A DNA stretch of 64,000 nucleotides from Escherichia coli. Lineage in GTDB: Bacteria; Pseudomonadota; Gammaproteobacteria; Enterobacterales; Enterobacteriaceae. Below are positions 21,085-30,410 of this stretch, one piece after another. A program made the position numbers and the translations under genes. Position 1 is the first letter of the stretch. Each line of letters starts with the position of its first letter. Under the pieces are notes generated by a model that saw only the letters and a program-made list of their open reading frames with translations, was not told where the DNA came from and ran no database searches. Location of the stretch: NCBI RefSeq assembly GCF_003790525.1, contig NZ_CP033635.1. One strand, written 5' to 3'.

Positions 21085-21821
21085 GCGTTTTCAGCCAGTT
21101 CCTGTGCCATCAGGGCGCGCACTTTTTCCAGGCATGCTGGGGTGTCGACGCCCGGACCGGTTGCGGCAACCTCAAATGTACGGATGTTGATCCCCGCGCT
21201 CATCAACCGCAGCTGCTCCAGTGATTCTGCCTGCTCCTGCATGGACTCCGGTAACTGGCTGTAGTTTTGCAGCACATCGCGACGATAAGCGTAAATACCA
21301 ACGTGTTTCAGGTAGCGCGCTTTTTCAGCATTACGCGGATAGGGAATCGGCGAACGGCTGAAATAAAGCGCATCCTGGCGGGTATTTACCACCACTTTTA
21401 CCGTGCTTGGCTCGGTCGCTTCTTCGGCAGAAATCGCGTGGCATAGCGTTGCCACTGGCAACGCGGGATCATCACGCATTCCTTGTAGCAGCGTTTCTAC
21501 ATCCCGCGGGCGAATCATTGGTTCGTCGCCCTGCAGGTTAATGTAGATATCTGCCTCGACTTTATGCATCACCTCGACCAGCCGATCGGTGCCGGATTCA
21601 TGATCGTTGCGCGTCATGATGGCTTTCCCGCCAAATGCCTGCACGGCCTTTTCAACACGCTGATCGTCTGTTGCCACCCAAACTTCTGCGACGCCCGCCA
21701 CCTGTAACGCACGCTCGTAAACATGCTGGATCATCGGTTTACCAACAATATCGAGCAGTGGCTTACCCGGCAGGCGCGATGAGCCATAACGAGCCGGGAT
21801 GACAATAACAGCTTTGCTCAT
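21081..21821 (-). CDS. kpsU: CMP-Kdo synthetase KpsU
   Basis: 246 aa; N-terminus [22 protein letters not shown] typical of KdsB/KpsU cytidylyltransferases. Confidence 0.9.
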
Positions 21822-21830
21822 TTCAACTCC

Positions 21831-23510
21831 TTACAAAGACAGAATCACTTTTGCACCCACCGCCAGCTGATAGAGGATGGTGGAAATACCACGGGTAACT
21901 TCAATGTTTTTCGATTCATATTTCGGCAGAACCATAATCTCATCGCCCGGTTTGAGTGAATCCACATCTTCTGCGTTGACGGCTGCACCGTTCTGACGAA
22001 TGACGATAATTCTGGCGTTACCCGATTTCTGCGTCAGGCCACCACATTTCTCGATGTAATCCTCGGTGGTCATACCCTTCTGCCAGCTCACCGCGTTCGG
22101 GAACAGCACTTCGCCATGAACCATAACCAGCGATGTTTTCTCCGGAATATTGATGACGTCGCCATCTTCAAGCAGAACAGAATCAATATTGGATTCGTTG
22201 AGGATCACTTCACCTTTCGGAACAACGGTGCGTGCTTTCGCCACAAAGCGGCTGATCAGTTGTGCTTCCTGCATTCGCAGGCTGGCTTCTTCTTTGGTCG
22301 ATGACTGGGCAGAAAGTGATGCTTCCTCCAGCTTTTGCAGCGAGAGATTCAGCATCTCTTTCTGACGCTGAGCCACTGATGGGCGATAAAGCTGAACTGC
22401 GTTCATCTGCGACATGCTGTTCGGGCGGACTTTTTCCAGAACCGCACGCATAGTGGAACCATAAGGCAGTACCATGGCATGTTCACCGGAGTGTGCGCCT
22501 TCAACCCGCACCTGAATGGTGCCGGCATAGCGGTCAGTGCTCACGATTAAGGTATCGCCATTTTGCAACATACGGCCTGGCGCAGAACTGATCGGATAGT
22601 ATTCGCTGCGTTTTTGCAGCCCCTGTTTACGCATAATCGTAATGTGAGTCGCGCCAGGCTTAGGGCGCGCCCAGCTCAACGCTTCCGTTACGGGAATGCT
22701 GCTTTCGCGGAACTCAAAGTCGTAGCTGTTAAAGACATCGCCCTGAACGCTGAAAGTATGCTGACGCGGCCCGACGATGATGGTGTCACCATCGGCGAAC
22801 TGCGAAAGCCCCAGTTTGCCGTTCAGCAGGAAGTCGTACAGGTTGACGTTGGAGCGCACGCGGTTACCGCGCTTGACCACAATATCAACGTAACTTCCGC
22901 GCTCTGGATCAACGCCGCCAGCCTTGATCAGATAATTGAGTAACGAATCAGACGTCACACCGCCATACAGACCAGGATTACGCACAAATCCGGTCACGTA
23001 CACTTTTACTGGCTGCGCCTGTAATAAGGAGGCGTAGACGTTGACGTTGGACTGGTACACTTCCTTCACTTTTGATGTAACCAGAGTGTTCAACTGACTA
23101 TTGCTAACCCCGGCAACTTTCACCGGACCAACGTTTGGCAGAAAAATATTACCTTTGGGATCAATCTGTAATGCACCATCAAAGGTGAACGCACCCCACA
23201 AGCGAACCTGAATGCTATCACCCGGATTCAGAATATAGTCAGGGTTGAATCCTACCGTCGCACCGCTATCCGCGCTGGTGCCGTTGAAAAGTTGAGCACC
23301 AAACATACGGCTCATTACCACCGGCGGTGCGGGCGGCGGGGTATTGTCGAAGCCGCTCATGTTTTGCGTATCCGACTGTTGCCCGTTCAGAATACCGGTA
23401 AGCGGCGCGGCTCCTGTAAGGTTTGGGTCAGCGTTAATATCAATGGCCGCGCTGGCCTGCGCCGCGTGACAGGCGGCAATCAGTAAAATTGATTTAAATA
23501 ATTTCATCAC
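21831..23510 (-). CDS. kpsD: capsule export outer-membrane protein KpsD
   Basis: 559 aa with signal peptide; region 1 order between kpsE and kpsU. Confidence 0.85.
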   Translation of the reverse strand: MMKLFKSILLIAACHAAQASAAIDINADPNLTGAAPLTGILNGQQSDTQNMSGFDNTPPPAPPVVMSRMFGAQLFNGTSADSGATVGFNPDYILNPGDSIQVRLWGAFTFDGALQIDPKGNIFLPNVGPVKVAGVSNSQLNTLVTSKVKEVYQSNVNVYASLLQAQPVKVYVTGFVRNPGLYGGVTSDSLLNYLIKAGGVDPERGSYVDIVVKRGNRVRSNVNLYDFLLNGKLGLSQFADGDTIIVGPRQHTFSVQGDVFNSYDFEFRESSIPVTEALSWARPKPGATHITIMRKQGLQKRSEYYPISSAPGRMLQNGDTLIVSTDRYAGTIQVRVEGAHSGEHAMVLPYGSTMRAVLEKVRPNSMSQMNAVQLYRPSVAQRQKEMLNLSLQKLEEASLSAQSSTKEEASLRMQEAQLISRFVAKARTVVPKGEVILNESNIDSVLLEDGDVINIPEKTSLVMVHGEVLFPNAVSWQKGMTTEDYIEKCGGLTQKSGNARIIVIRQNGAAVNAEDVDSLKPGDEIMVLPKYESKNIEVTRGISTILYQLAVGAKVILSL

Positions 23511-23530
23511 AAACTCATTCAGCGACAGCG

Positions 23531-24679
23531 TTAGTCTCGGTGATCTTCAATAACAGCCAGCAACAGTTTCAGGGTGCCGAACAGCAGGCAGCACACCAGT
23601 AACCAGCAGGCGATCAAATAAGGGATATTTGGAAAAGACGATTCCTGCGGCAACTGTGGCGAACTGATCACTGACAGCACCTTGAGCTTACGAGCCGCTT
23701 CTACACGGGTCTTTTCAATGGAGGTCAGGGTCAGTTTGTACAGCTCGGTGTTGAACTCTACTTTTGATTTGATTTCTTCAAAATCCACCGCCATACGGTT
23801 TAGCTTGTCACCCTGCGGCGCTGTGATTTTGCTTTTTTCTTCGTCAATTTGTGCCTGCAATGACTGAATCGCATTACGCGCACTCACAACTTGCGGGGCG
23901 TCCTCACGCAGATACGTCAGCAAGTTCCGCAGGTCCGCTTCCATCTGGATCTTCTGGCCCATCAGCGTATTCACTAACGTGCTCGCCGCCTGTGCCTGTG
24001 CCTGTGGATCCAGAACGTTGTTGTTGTCTTGATAAGAGAGCAATTCCGCTTTGCTGGCGTCCAGACGCTGGCGTGCCTTTTCCATCTCCGTTTCTGCAAA
24101 GGCAAGCTGGTCACGCGCGATGCGATGTGACATCTCATTGATAAAGCGCTCTGACTCTTTCAGCACGGTTTGGTTAAACTTAAGCGCAAATTCCGGGCTA
24201 AAGCCCTGCGTCTGAATATTCAGTAATCCGGTTTTATCGTCATACGAGACGTTGATACGGTCCTTGTAGTACTTCAGGAAGCCTTCTGCGGTTTCATCCT
24301 TGCTAAGATGATTAAGAAAATCGAGCCCGCTGTGGCTAAACGCTTCACGAAAATTTAGTTGCTTATCCAGCGCCGCCAGCATATCCGGCGAGTTGATGTA
24401 CTCTTTCAGATACAACGCATCTTCTGCGGAACTGGGGTTAGAGGCACCCAGAAGCAGACCAAAATTCAGGCTGCCGCTGTTTAAATCATCCGAGCGTTTA
24501 ATGGCGACTTTCGACTCGCTCATATAGCGAGGCTGGCTGAAGATAGCCAGATAGATCAGCAGCACCGCCATCGGTGTCAGAATGATGATTTTCGCCAGGT
24601 GTTTTTGGATATCTGCCAGTGAGATGGCAGACAGACGAGCACGCATCCAGGATACGGCAGACTTCACTTTTATCAACAT
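23531..24679 (-). CDS. kpsE: capsule export inner-membrane protein KpsE
   Basis: 382 aa, N- and C-terminal TM segments with coiled-coil middle; region 1 order. Confidence 0.85.
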   Translation of the reverse strand: MLIKVKSAVSWMRARLSAISLADIQKHLAKIIILTPMAVLLIYLAIFSQPRYMSESKVAIKRSDDLNSGSLNFGLLLGASNPSSAEDALYLKEYINSPDMLAALDKQLNFREAFSHSGLDFLNHLSKDETAEGFLKYYKDRINVSYDDKTGLLNIQTQGFSPEFALKFNQTVLKESERFINEMSHRIARDQLAFAETEMEKARQRLDASKAELLSYQDNNNVLDPQAQAQAASTLVNTLMGQKIQMEADLRNLLTYLREDAPQVVSARNAIQSLQAQIDEEKSKITAPQGDKLNRMAVDFEEIKSKVEFNTELYKLTLTSIEKTRVEAARKLKVLSVISSPQLPQESSFPNIPYLIACWLLVCCLLFGTLKLLLAVIEDHRD

Positions 24680-24750
24680 GTAACGATTATCAAAGTTTCA
24701 GTGGGGCGCAAACTCAATGAGAGACTAACCTCTCGAACCCCGTTGCTTAA

Positions 24751-25734
24751 TTAGTCGAAAATGCGCACAAGGCCAGTGACTTTATTTGCCTTGTTGGTCA
24801 CCAATAATGTTGAGACGCGGTGCTTTTGCATTTTTTCTTCCGCTTCAATGATCATGGTGTCTTCCGGTAGCGTCAGCGGTTCACGTGTCATCATCTGCGC
24901 AGCCGTGGCGGATGTCAGAGAATCCTCTTTTTCCATAAAGCGACGCAGGTCACCGTCGGTGATAATGCCCGCTAGCCCACCTTCTGCGTCTTCTACCATC
25001 ACCATTCCCTGGCATCCGCTGGTGATACGTTGAATCACGGTTTTAAATGACGCATCCAGCTGTACCGCAGGAACATCATGCTGCATGACATCAGCAACGC
25101 GGGTCAGCAGGCGACGACCTAATGAACCGCCCGGGTGATAGCGCGCAAAATCATTCGGCATAAATTTGCGTTGGTGGATCATGGCAATCGCCAGCGCATC
25201 GCCGATCGCCATCGTCAGCGTGGTAGACGTTGTTGGTGCAAGATTATTCGGGCAGGTTTCATTCGCCATGTGGAGTTCCAGCACGGCATCAGCATTTTTC
25301 GCCAGCGTGGAATTTCCATTATTGGTAATGGCGATAATTCGGTTGCCGAAATTTTTCAGTGAAGGAACTAGCTTGAGGATTTCATCCGTTTCACCGCTGG
25401 CAGAAATAAGGATCAGAAGATCGTAAGGCGTAATCATGCCCAGATCGCCATGGAAAGCTTCTGCAGGATGAATAAAGAAACTAGGCGTACCCGTAGAGGC
25501 CAGCGTCGCTGACATTTTACGACCGACATGCCCTGATTTACCCATTCCCGAAAGAATAACGTGACCTTTACAGTTCATTATCAAATTAAGGACTCGCTGG
25601 TACTGCCCGGAATCCAGTTGTTTAGACAAGTTTTGTAATGCTGCGCCTTGTTCTGCCAGAGTCTGGCGAACAGAGGTAATTAGATATGGATCGATAGTAC
25701 TGCTCTGGTCATCAGGTAAATGTCTTTCAGACAT
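24751..25734 (-). CDS. kpsF: arabinose-5-phosphate isomerase KpsF
   Basis: SIS domain plus tandem CBS domains; start set at ATG 25734 (MSERHL) preceded by AAGGAG SD rather than the longer track ORF. Confidence 0.85.
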   Translation of the reverse strand: MSERHLPDDQSSTIDPYLITSVRQTLAEQGAALQNLSKQLDSGQYQRVLNLIMNCKGHVILSGMGKSGHVGRKMSATLASTGTPSFFIHPAEAFHGDLGMITPYDLLILISASGETDEILKLVPSLKNFGNRIIAITNNGNSTLAKNADAVLELHMANETCPNNLAPTTSTTLTMAIGDALAIAMIHQRKFMPNDFARYHPGGSLGRRLLTRVADVMQHDVPAVQLDASFKTVIQRITSGCQGMVMVEDAEGGLAGIITDGDLRRFMEKEDSLTSATAAQMMTREPLTLPEDTMIIEAEEKMQKHRVSTLLVTNKANKVTGLVRIFD

Positions 25735-26500
25735 ATCAGCTCCTTTGCACGGAAATAATGCCACAGTCACAACAAACCCGAACCCACTATAATTTATTTA
25801 TGCTAAATCAATGGGTTGTAACAAAATTTTCAATGAATATAAAACCATGGTCAGTCCATGCTTATATGCAGGACTTATCACCTTCTTATTAAGTCGCAAT
25901 GTCTCATGGAGGTGCGAAGATGCTGCAATATTACAGGCGAGAAGGGGAACCAAATTTTGCCCACCTATTTAACACACCCCTACATTATGAACAAGGAATT
26001 TAGGATTTTTATCATTTATTAAAATGTTTCCTACTTGACTATTAAGGCAAAAAACAATTTATCAATTGATTATTTCCTTGTAAAAAAAGAACGTATGACT
26101 ATGTTATTAATAAATAAAACACGCAAATAATGGTGATGTTGTTTTGTGATTAACTATTTAAGTGCGGCATAATAAACAGGTTGACAATTTCTATGTAAAG
26201 AAGAGGAAAATAATAAAATTTTAGCGGTGACTATTGAATGATATGATAGTTGTGGTGTTGATTATTTCTGGTAATGAATGCGGAATTAAATCTGGCCGGA
26301 TTGTATTTTTGCTATATCTATTTTTCAGGAGATTATTATTAAATAGAAAAATAACAATGGTGATTATCTCCGATTGAGCTGGAGTCACGTATGCCAGCGA
26401 GTGCTTTCTTCCGGGCCTTCCTTCACTTCAGAGAAAGAGCCTATGGAAAAGAGGCAATCATCAGGCTCTTTTTGAGTCATATGCGCCGATAATCAACTGT
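25735..26500 (-). promoter_or_regulatory. AT-rich kps region 1 promoter/regulatory region upstream of kpsF
   Basis: ~0.75 kb AT-rich non-coding DNA 5' of kpsF; promoter elements not assigned. Confidence 0.4.
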
Positions 26501-26519
26501 CTTGAACGTAAAAATTATG

Positions 26520-26800
26520 GAGCAACATGATGCTACGATTCATTTCACTCTTCGTTCTTTCTGAGCATTGCGTTCAGGATGGTCAGCAATTTACGCATAC
26601 AGTCAACCAGCGCCACTTTTTTGGTTTTTCCGGCTGCTGGCAGATGCATGTAAAACGCCTTTATCACCGGATTAAACCAGGTTACCACAAGCGCTGCCAT
26701 GTGCAGGGCTGCTCTTGCCTCCGTACGCGCACTGGCGTCGTTCGGCCAGCAGATATGTGTGGGATAACAGGGATGTTATGTGAACTGAACTGTGTTTTGT
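26520..26800 (-). mobile_element. IS110-family transposase 3' fragment (remnant)
   Basis: Minus-strand translation ...[43 protein letters not shown] resembles the conserved C-terminus of IS110-family transposases; N-terminal part absent. Confidence 0.55.
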
Positions 26801-26881
26801 TAGCGGGGGATGTTTATTGATGATTCGGGAGTGTTTAAGACCTGATGGCGTTATGCTCCCAAGTTTATTTTATATAAAGAT

Positions 26882-26912
26882 CCAAAAGCAAAAACCCGCC
26901 TTGTGGGCGGGT
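26882..26912 (-). terminator. rho-independent terminator downstream of the tRNA-Phe 3' end
   Basis: Stem CCCGCC/GGCGGG (26895-26910) followed on the minus strand by a T-run. Confidence 0.6.
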
Positions 26913-26925
26913 TCTTAAGAATTAG

Positions 26926-26975
26926 TGGTGCCCGGACTCGGAATCGAACCAAGGACACGGGGATTTTCAATCCCC
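26926..26975 (-). other. pheV: 50-nt 3' fragment of tRNA-Phe (acceptor/T-arm through anticodon-stem region): island junction direct repeat
   Basis: Minus strand reads ...GGGGATTGAAAATCCCCGTGTCCTTGGTTCGATTCCGAGTCCGGGCACCA, matching the 3' ~50 nt of tRNA-Phe as I recall it; 5' part of the tRNA is replaced by unrelated/degenerate sequence. Confidence 0.75.
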
Positions 26976-27068
26976 ATGTCATAAAATTCAGATAGTTACG
27001 GGCATGTCAAGTTGTTGTCGAAGTCTTTCATGCGCATCCGATCACATAACTGTCGATAGGACGCAGAT

Positions 27069-27947
27069 ATGAAAATACTTCCCGTTGTCTCAACAAAAGG
27101 TGGCGAAGGTAAATCAACACAATCCGCTAACCTGGCTGGTTTTCTCGCCGATGCAGGTATCCGTACCCTGCTGATTGACGGAGATCATGCTCAGCCCACG
27201 GCAAGCAACATCTTTCCGCTGACATATGAAGCGTCAGCCGGTCTTTTTGAGTTGCTGATGCGCACGGCTGACCTCAGTTATCCCGATAACATCATTTCCC
27301 GCACAGCTATCGACGGACTCGATCTGATAGTCTCCAATGACCCTCATGAGCAGTTAAAAACTGCGATGCTTCACGCCCCGGATGGTCGTCTGCGCCTCCG
27401 GAATGTCCTGCAGCATCCGCTTTTTCTGAACAACTACGATGTCATTATAGTTGATTCTCAGGGTGCGCGTTCTGTCATGCTCGAAATGATTGTGCTGTCG
27501 GCCACTGATTCGGTTGTCGGGATGGTCAATCCGGTACTCCCTGATGTGCGCGAGTTTATTCGCGGCACTGTCAACGTTATGGAGAACCTGCTGCCTTACC
27601 GGGAACTGGGGATACCCCTGCCGAAAGTACGCACGCTGGTTAACTGCATGGATTATACGGCACTGGCCAGGAAGACGCTGGATGAGCTGGCCGGAATTAT
27701 TCAGACCGGTCGTTACAGCAGGCAGTTACCTGAAGGTGCGGTTTCCCTTCTTTCCACACAGATTTACGACCTGAATATTTACAAGCAGGGGCATGCGGCT
27801 GGTCAACCCGTACATCGTCTCGAAAAAGAATCCACACGTCGCAGTGATTCCGCGCTTGTCACGATGCACAGCCTGGCCTGTGAACTATTTCCTGAGTGGA
27901 AACAGGCGTTTGACGGGCTACTGGCTAACGGGGGAATACGTCAGTGA
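27069..27947 (+). CDS. parA: ParA/Soj-family partition ATPase (ICE end-proximal)
   Basis: 292 aa; deviant Walker A KGGEGKST; first gene inside the island next to the tRNA fragment, as in PAPI-1-type ICEs. Confidence 0.85.
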   Translation: MKILPVVSTKGGEGKSTQSANLAGFLADAGIRTLLIDGDHAQPTASNIFPLTYEASAGLFELLMRTADLSYPDNIISRTAIDGLDLIVSNDPHEQLKTAMLHAPDGRLRLRNVLQHPLFLNNYDVIIVDSQGARSVMLEMIVLSATDSVVGMVNPVLPDVREFIRGTVNVMENLLPYRELGIPLPKVRTLVNCMDYTALARKTLDELAGIIQTGRYSRQLPEGAVSLLSTQIYDLNIYKQGHAAGQPVHRLEKESTRRSDSALVTMHSLACELFPEWKQAFDGLLANGGIRQ

Positions 27948-28035
27948 TTCAGGTTAAGCGAGAACCATGCAGCTCCGTTACCCTGGCTTATGGACGTTAT
28001 CAATACCGGACAATATGACGTGAAGGATTAACCCT

Positions 28036-28530
28036 ATGAATAACAGCAGCAATACCACAACCCGTAATACGCTTTCACCCGTTGAGTCAGCCTGTCATGC
28101 CTTACTGGATTTTATTGCCCGGGAAGTTTTTGAGAATAAAGCACCGGAAGAGGACGTCAGGGAACGTTGCAAAGTATTTACAGCGCTGCTTAACGAAGGA
28201 TTTAAAGCCCTGCTTGATGAGGCAGGGCTGAATCTGTCAAACCTTCGTAAACAGTGTGAGGAACTGGAATCTCAGATAACCAGACTTGATTCTCAGTCCG
28301 ATGCTATTTGTCGCAGAGGTGCTCAAATTGAACGCTTCATTGGTCACCATTTACCTTTTTTCGATTTGAACAAAGTTTTTGATACTGCCAGTCAGTCATG
28401 TGAACCAGCGCCTTCTCCGGCTCAGTCGGCTGTGTCCAGTAGTCAGCCCAGTAATCTGTCAGAGCAAGGGACATCTCAGCGGGTGTCATCTGTTCAACCG
28501 TTGCAGGGAGCCAGTGATGTTGATGAATAA
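28036..28530 (+). CDS. hypothetical ICE protein with Ser/Gln-rich acidic tail
   Basis: 164 aa; position between parA and dnaB; C-terminal region overlaps a competing minus-strand ORF (see findings). Confidence 0.5.
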   Translation: MNNSSNTTTRNTLSPVESACHALLDFIAREVFENKAPEEDVRERCKVFTALLNEGFKALLDEAGLNLSNLRKQCEELESQITRLDSQSDAICRRGAQIERFIGHHLPFFDLNKVFDTASQSCEPAPSPAQSAVSSSQPSNLSEQGTSQRVSSVQPLQGASDVDE

Positions 28531-29021
28531 GAGCAAACTTAACGGCTTGTTGAACGCTGATACTGTTATCGTCCAGAAAAAACCAGCGGCGGCTGTTAAT
28601 CAGCCAGTGTCCGAGCCAGCAAAGTCGGTAAGCGAGCTTCCGGTCAGCTCCGGGAAAGATTTCTGTTCCCTGGTCAAAGAAGGTTTTGCACCGTTCCACA
28701 TCGTCGGTGCTCATACCTCCGACTTTCCAGTTTTCATAATATTTTGCCATGTTGCCATCCTCATCATGGTTGTTATCAATGCCGGACGGCAGTTGCTGAT
28801 GATTTGTGTTCATAAGGTATTTCTCTTCGTAAACATGTTGATTATGAGCGCAAATATGCTGTACGTACCTTCTGACCGGGGTCGGCAAACTTACCGGTCG
28901 GAAAATGTACAGAAAGTTATGGGCCTTTTATGCCCTGCAACTGTTCGTCCGGCACCCGTTTTCGTTTTTTTGCATGGTGGGTTTGCTGTGAAACAGGCTC
29001 CGTTTGCCCGGGAGGTGGCGT

Positions 29022-30410
29022 ATGTCTGAACGCTATATTCCATGCTCCGTTGATGCAGAGCAGGCCGTGCTGGGCGGCCTGATGCTCGATAATGAACGCT
29101 GGGATGAGGTGGTACTGATGCTCCGGGGGGAGGATTTTTCTCTGGCCGCACACCGGGTGATATTCCGCACCATGTCAGAGCTGGCAACCAGCGGTCAGCC
29201 GTTCGACCTCATCACGCTGAGTGAGCATATTGAGAAAACAAACAATATTGAGGCACTGGGTGGTTTCGCTTATCTGGCTGAACTCAGCAAAAATACGCCT
29301 TCTGCAGCCAATATTATCGCTTATGCCCGTATTGTTGCTGAAAAGAGCATGCTGCGTCAGTTGCAGGAGACGGGGAATGCGCTGATTACGGATGTGGCCG
29401 CACCGGATGCGACACCACGCACTGTTCTTGAATCCGCTGAACGTCGGCTCTTTTCACTTTCACAGACTGGCATGTTGCATGAGCGATGTGAAGTCAGTCT
29501 CACCTCGGCTATGGAGCTGGCGCTGCGTCAACTGGAAGAGGGACTGAACGCCGGCGGGATGACGGGCACGCCCACGGGATTTGATGAACTGGATGAGATG
29601 ACCTGTGGTCTGCAGCCCGGCGACCTCATTCTTCTGGCTGCACGCCCGTCTATGGGGAAAACAGCGCTGGGCCTTACCTTCTGTCTTAATGCCCTGTGTA
29701 ACCGGACCGATGAAACGGTATTTCTTTTCAGTATCGAAATGTCCCGGGAGCAGCTGATTCTGCGTGTCCTGTCAATGCTCTCCAGGGTGGAGCTGACACG
29801 TCTTCGCAGCAGCATGATGGATGATGAAGAGTGGGCGAGAGTCACGGCAACCATGGGACGCTTCATGAATGAAGCGTCATTCATCGGAGATGGAAACCGC
29901 CTGATAATTGATGACACCTCCTTCCAGACGCCGTCATCGCTGCGTGCCAGCGCCCGTCGTTATGTCCGTCTGTATGGCAGACCTTCCCTGATAATGGTTG
30001 ATTACCTCCAGCTGATTCGTTCTCCGGACCAGGAGAACCGAACGCAGGAAATTGCGGAAATATCCCGCGCGCTTAAGGCGTTAGGTAAAGAGCTGGGATG
30101 CCCGGTACTGGCACTGTCTCAGCTTAACCGTCAGGTGGAGCAGCGGGCGGATAAACGCCCCAATAACGGTGACCTGCGTGATTCCGGGGCGCTGGAGCAG
30201 GATGCTGACCTCATTATGTTTATTTACCGTGACGAGGTTTATAACTCCGGCACGCTGGATAAGGGCGTTGCTGAAATCATTGTGAGCAAACAGCGGCAGG
30301 GACCAACCGGAACGATACGGGTGAACTTCGACGGCCGCTACACCCTGTTTTCACCGTTTGAACGTGGATGGAATTTTGACCGTGCCGGAGGAAATGCGTA
30401 TGTCAATTAA
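29022..30410 (+). CDS. dnaB: DnaB-like replicative DNA helicase
   Basis: DnaB N-terminal domain plus RecA-like core (Walker A ARPSMGKTAL); start set at ATG 29022 with GGAGGTGG SD instead of the TTG at 29004. Confidence 0.85.
   Translation: MSERYIPCSVDAEQAVLGGLMLDNERWDEVVLMLRGEDFSLAAHRVIFRTMSELATSGQPFDLITLSEHIEKTNNIEALGGFAYLAELSKNTPSAANIIAYARIVAEKSMLRQLQETGNALITDVAAPDATPRTVLESAERRLFSLSQTGMLHERCEVSLTSAMELALRQLEEGLNAGGMTGTPTGFDELDEMTCGLQPGDLILLAARPSMGKTALGLTFCLNALCNRTDETVFLFSIEMSREQLILRVLSMLSRVELTRLRSSMMDDEEWARVTATMGRFMNEASFIGDGNRLIIDDTSFQTPSSLRASARRYVRLYGRPSLIMVDYLQLIRSPDQENRTQEIAEISRALKALGKELGCPVLALSQLNRQVEQRADKRPNNGDLRDSGALEQDADLIMFIYRDEVYNSGTLDKGVAEIIVSKQRQGPTGTIRVNFDGRYTLFSPFERGWNFDRAGGNAYVN

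Noticed and set aside
19203-21264. Short ORFs on either strand inside kpsC/kpsU (e.g. 19860..20153, 20810..21190)
   Set aside because: Embedded in well-supported kps region 1 genes; no independent support
26527-26820. Plus-strand ORF 26527..26820 (97 aa)
   Set aside because: Antisense to the IS110-family transposase C-terminal fragment, which reads convincingly on the minus strand
26926-26975. Calling a complete functional tRNA-Phe gene here
   Set aside because: Only the 3' ~50 nt match tRNA-Phe; the sequence where the D-arm and 5' acceptor strand should be is degenerate, so this is a partial copy (junction repeat), not an intact tRNA
28379-28516. Track ORF 28379..29029 as a 216-aa protein from its first start
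   Set aside because: The 5' part lies inside the 28036 gene in another frame; if real, the gene would start at 28517/28523 (kept as an alternative in findings)
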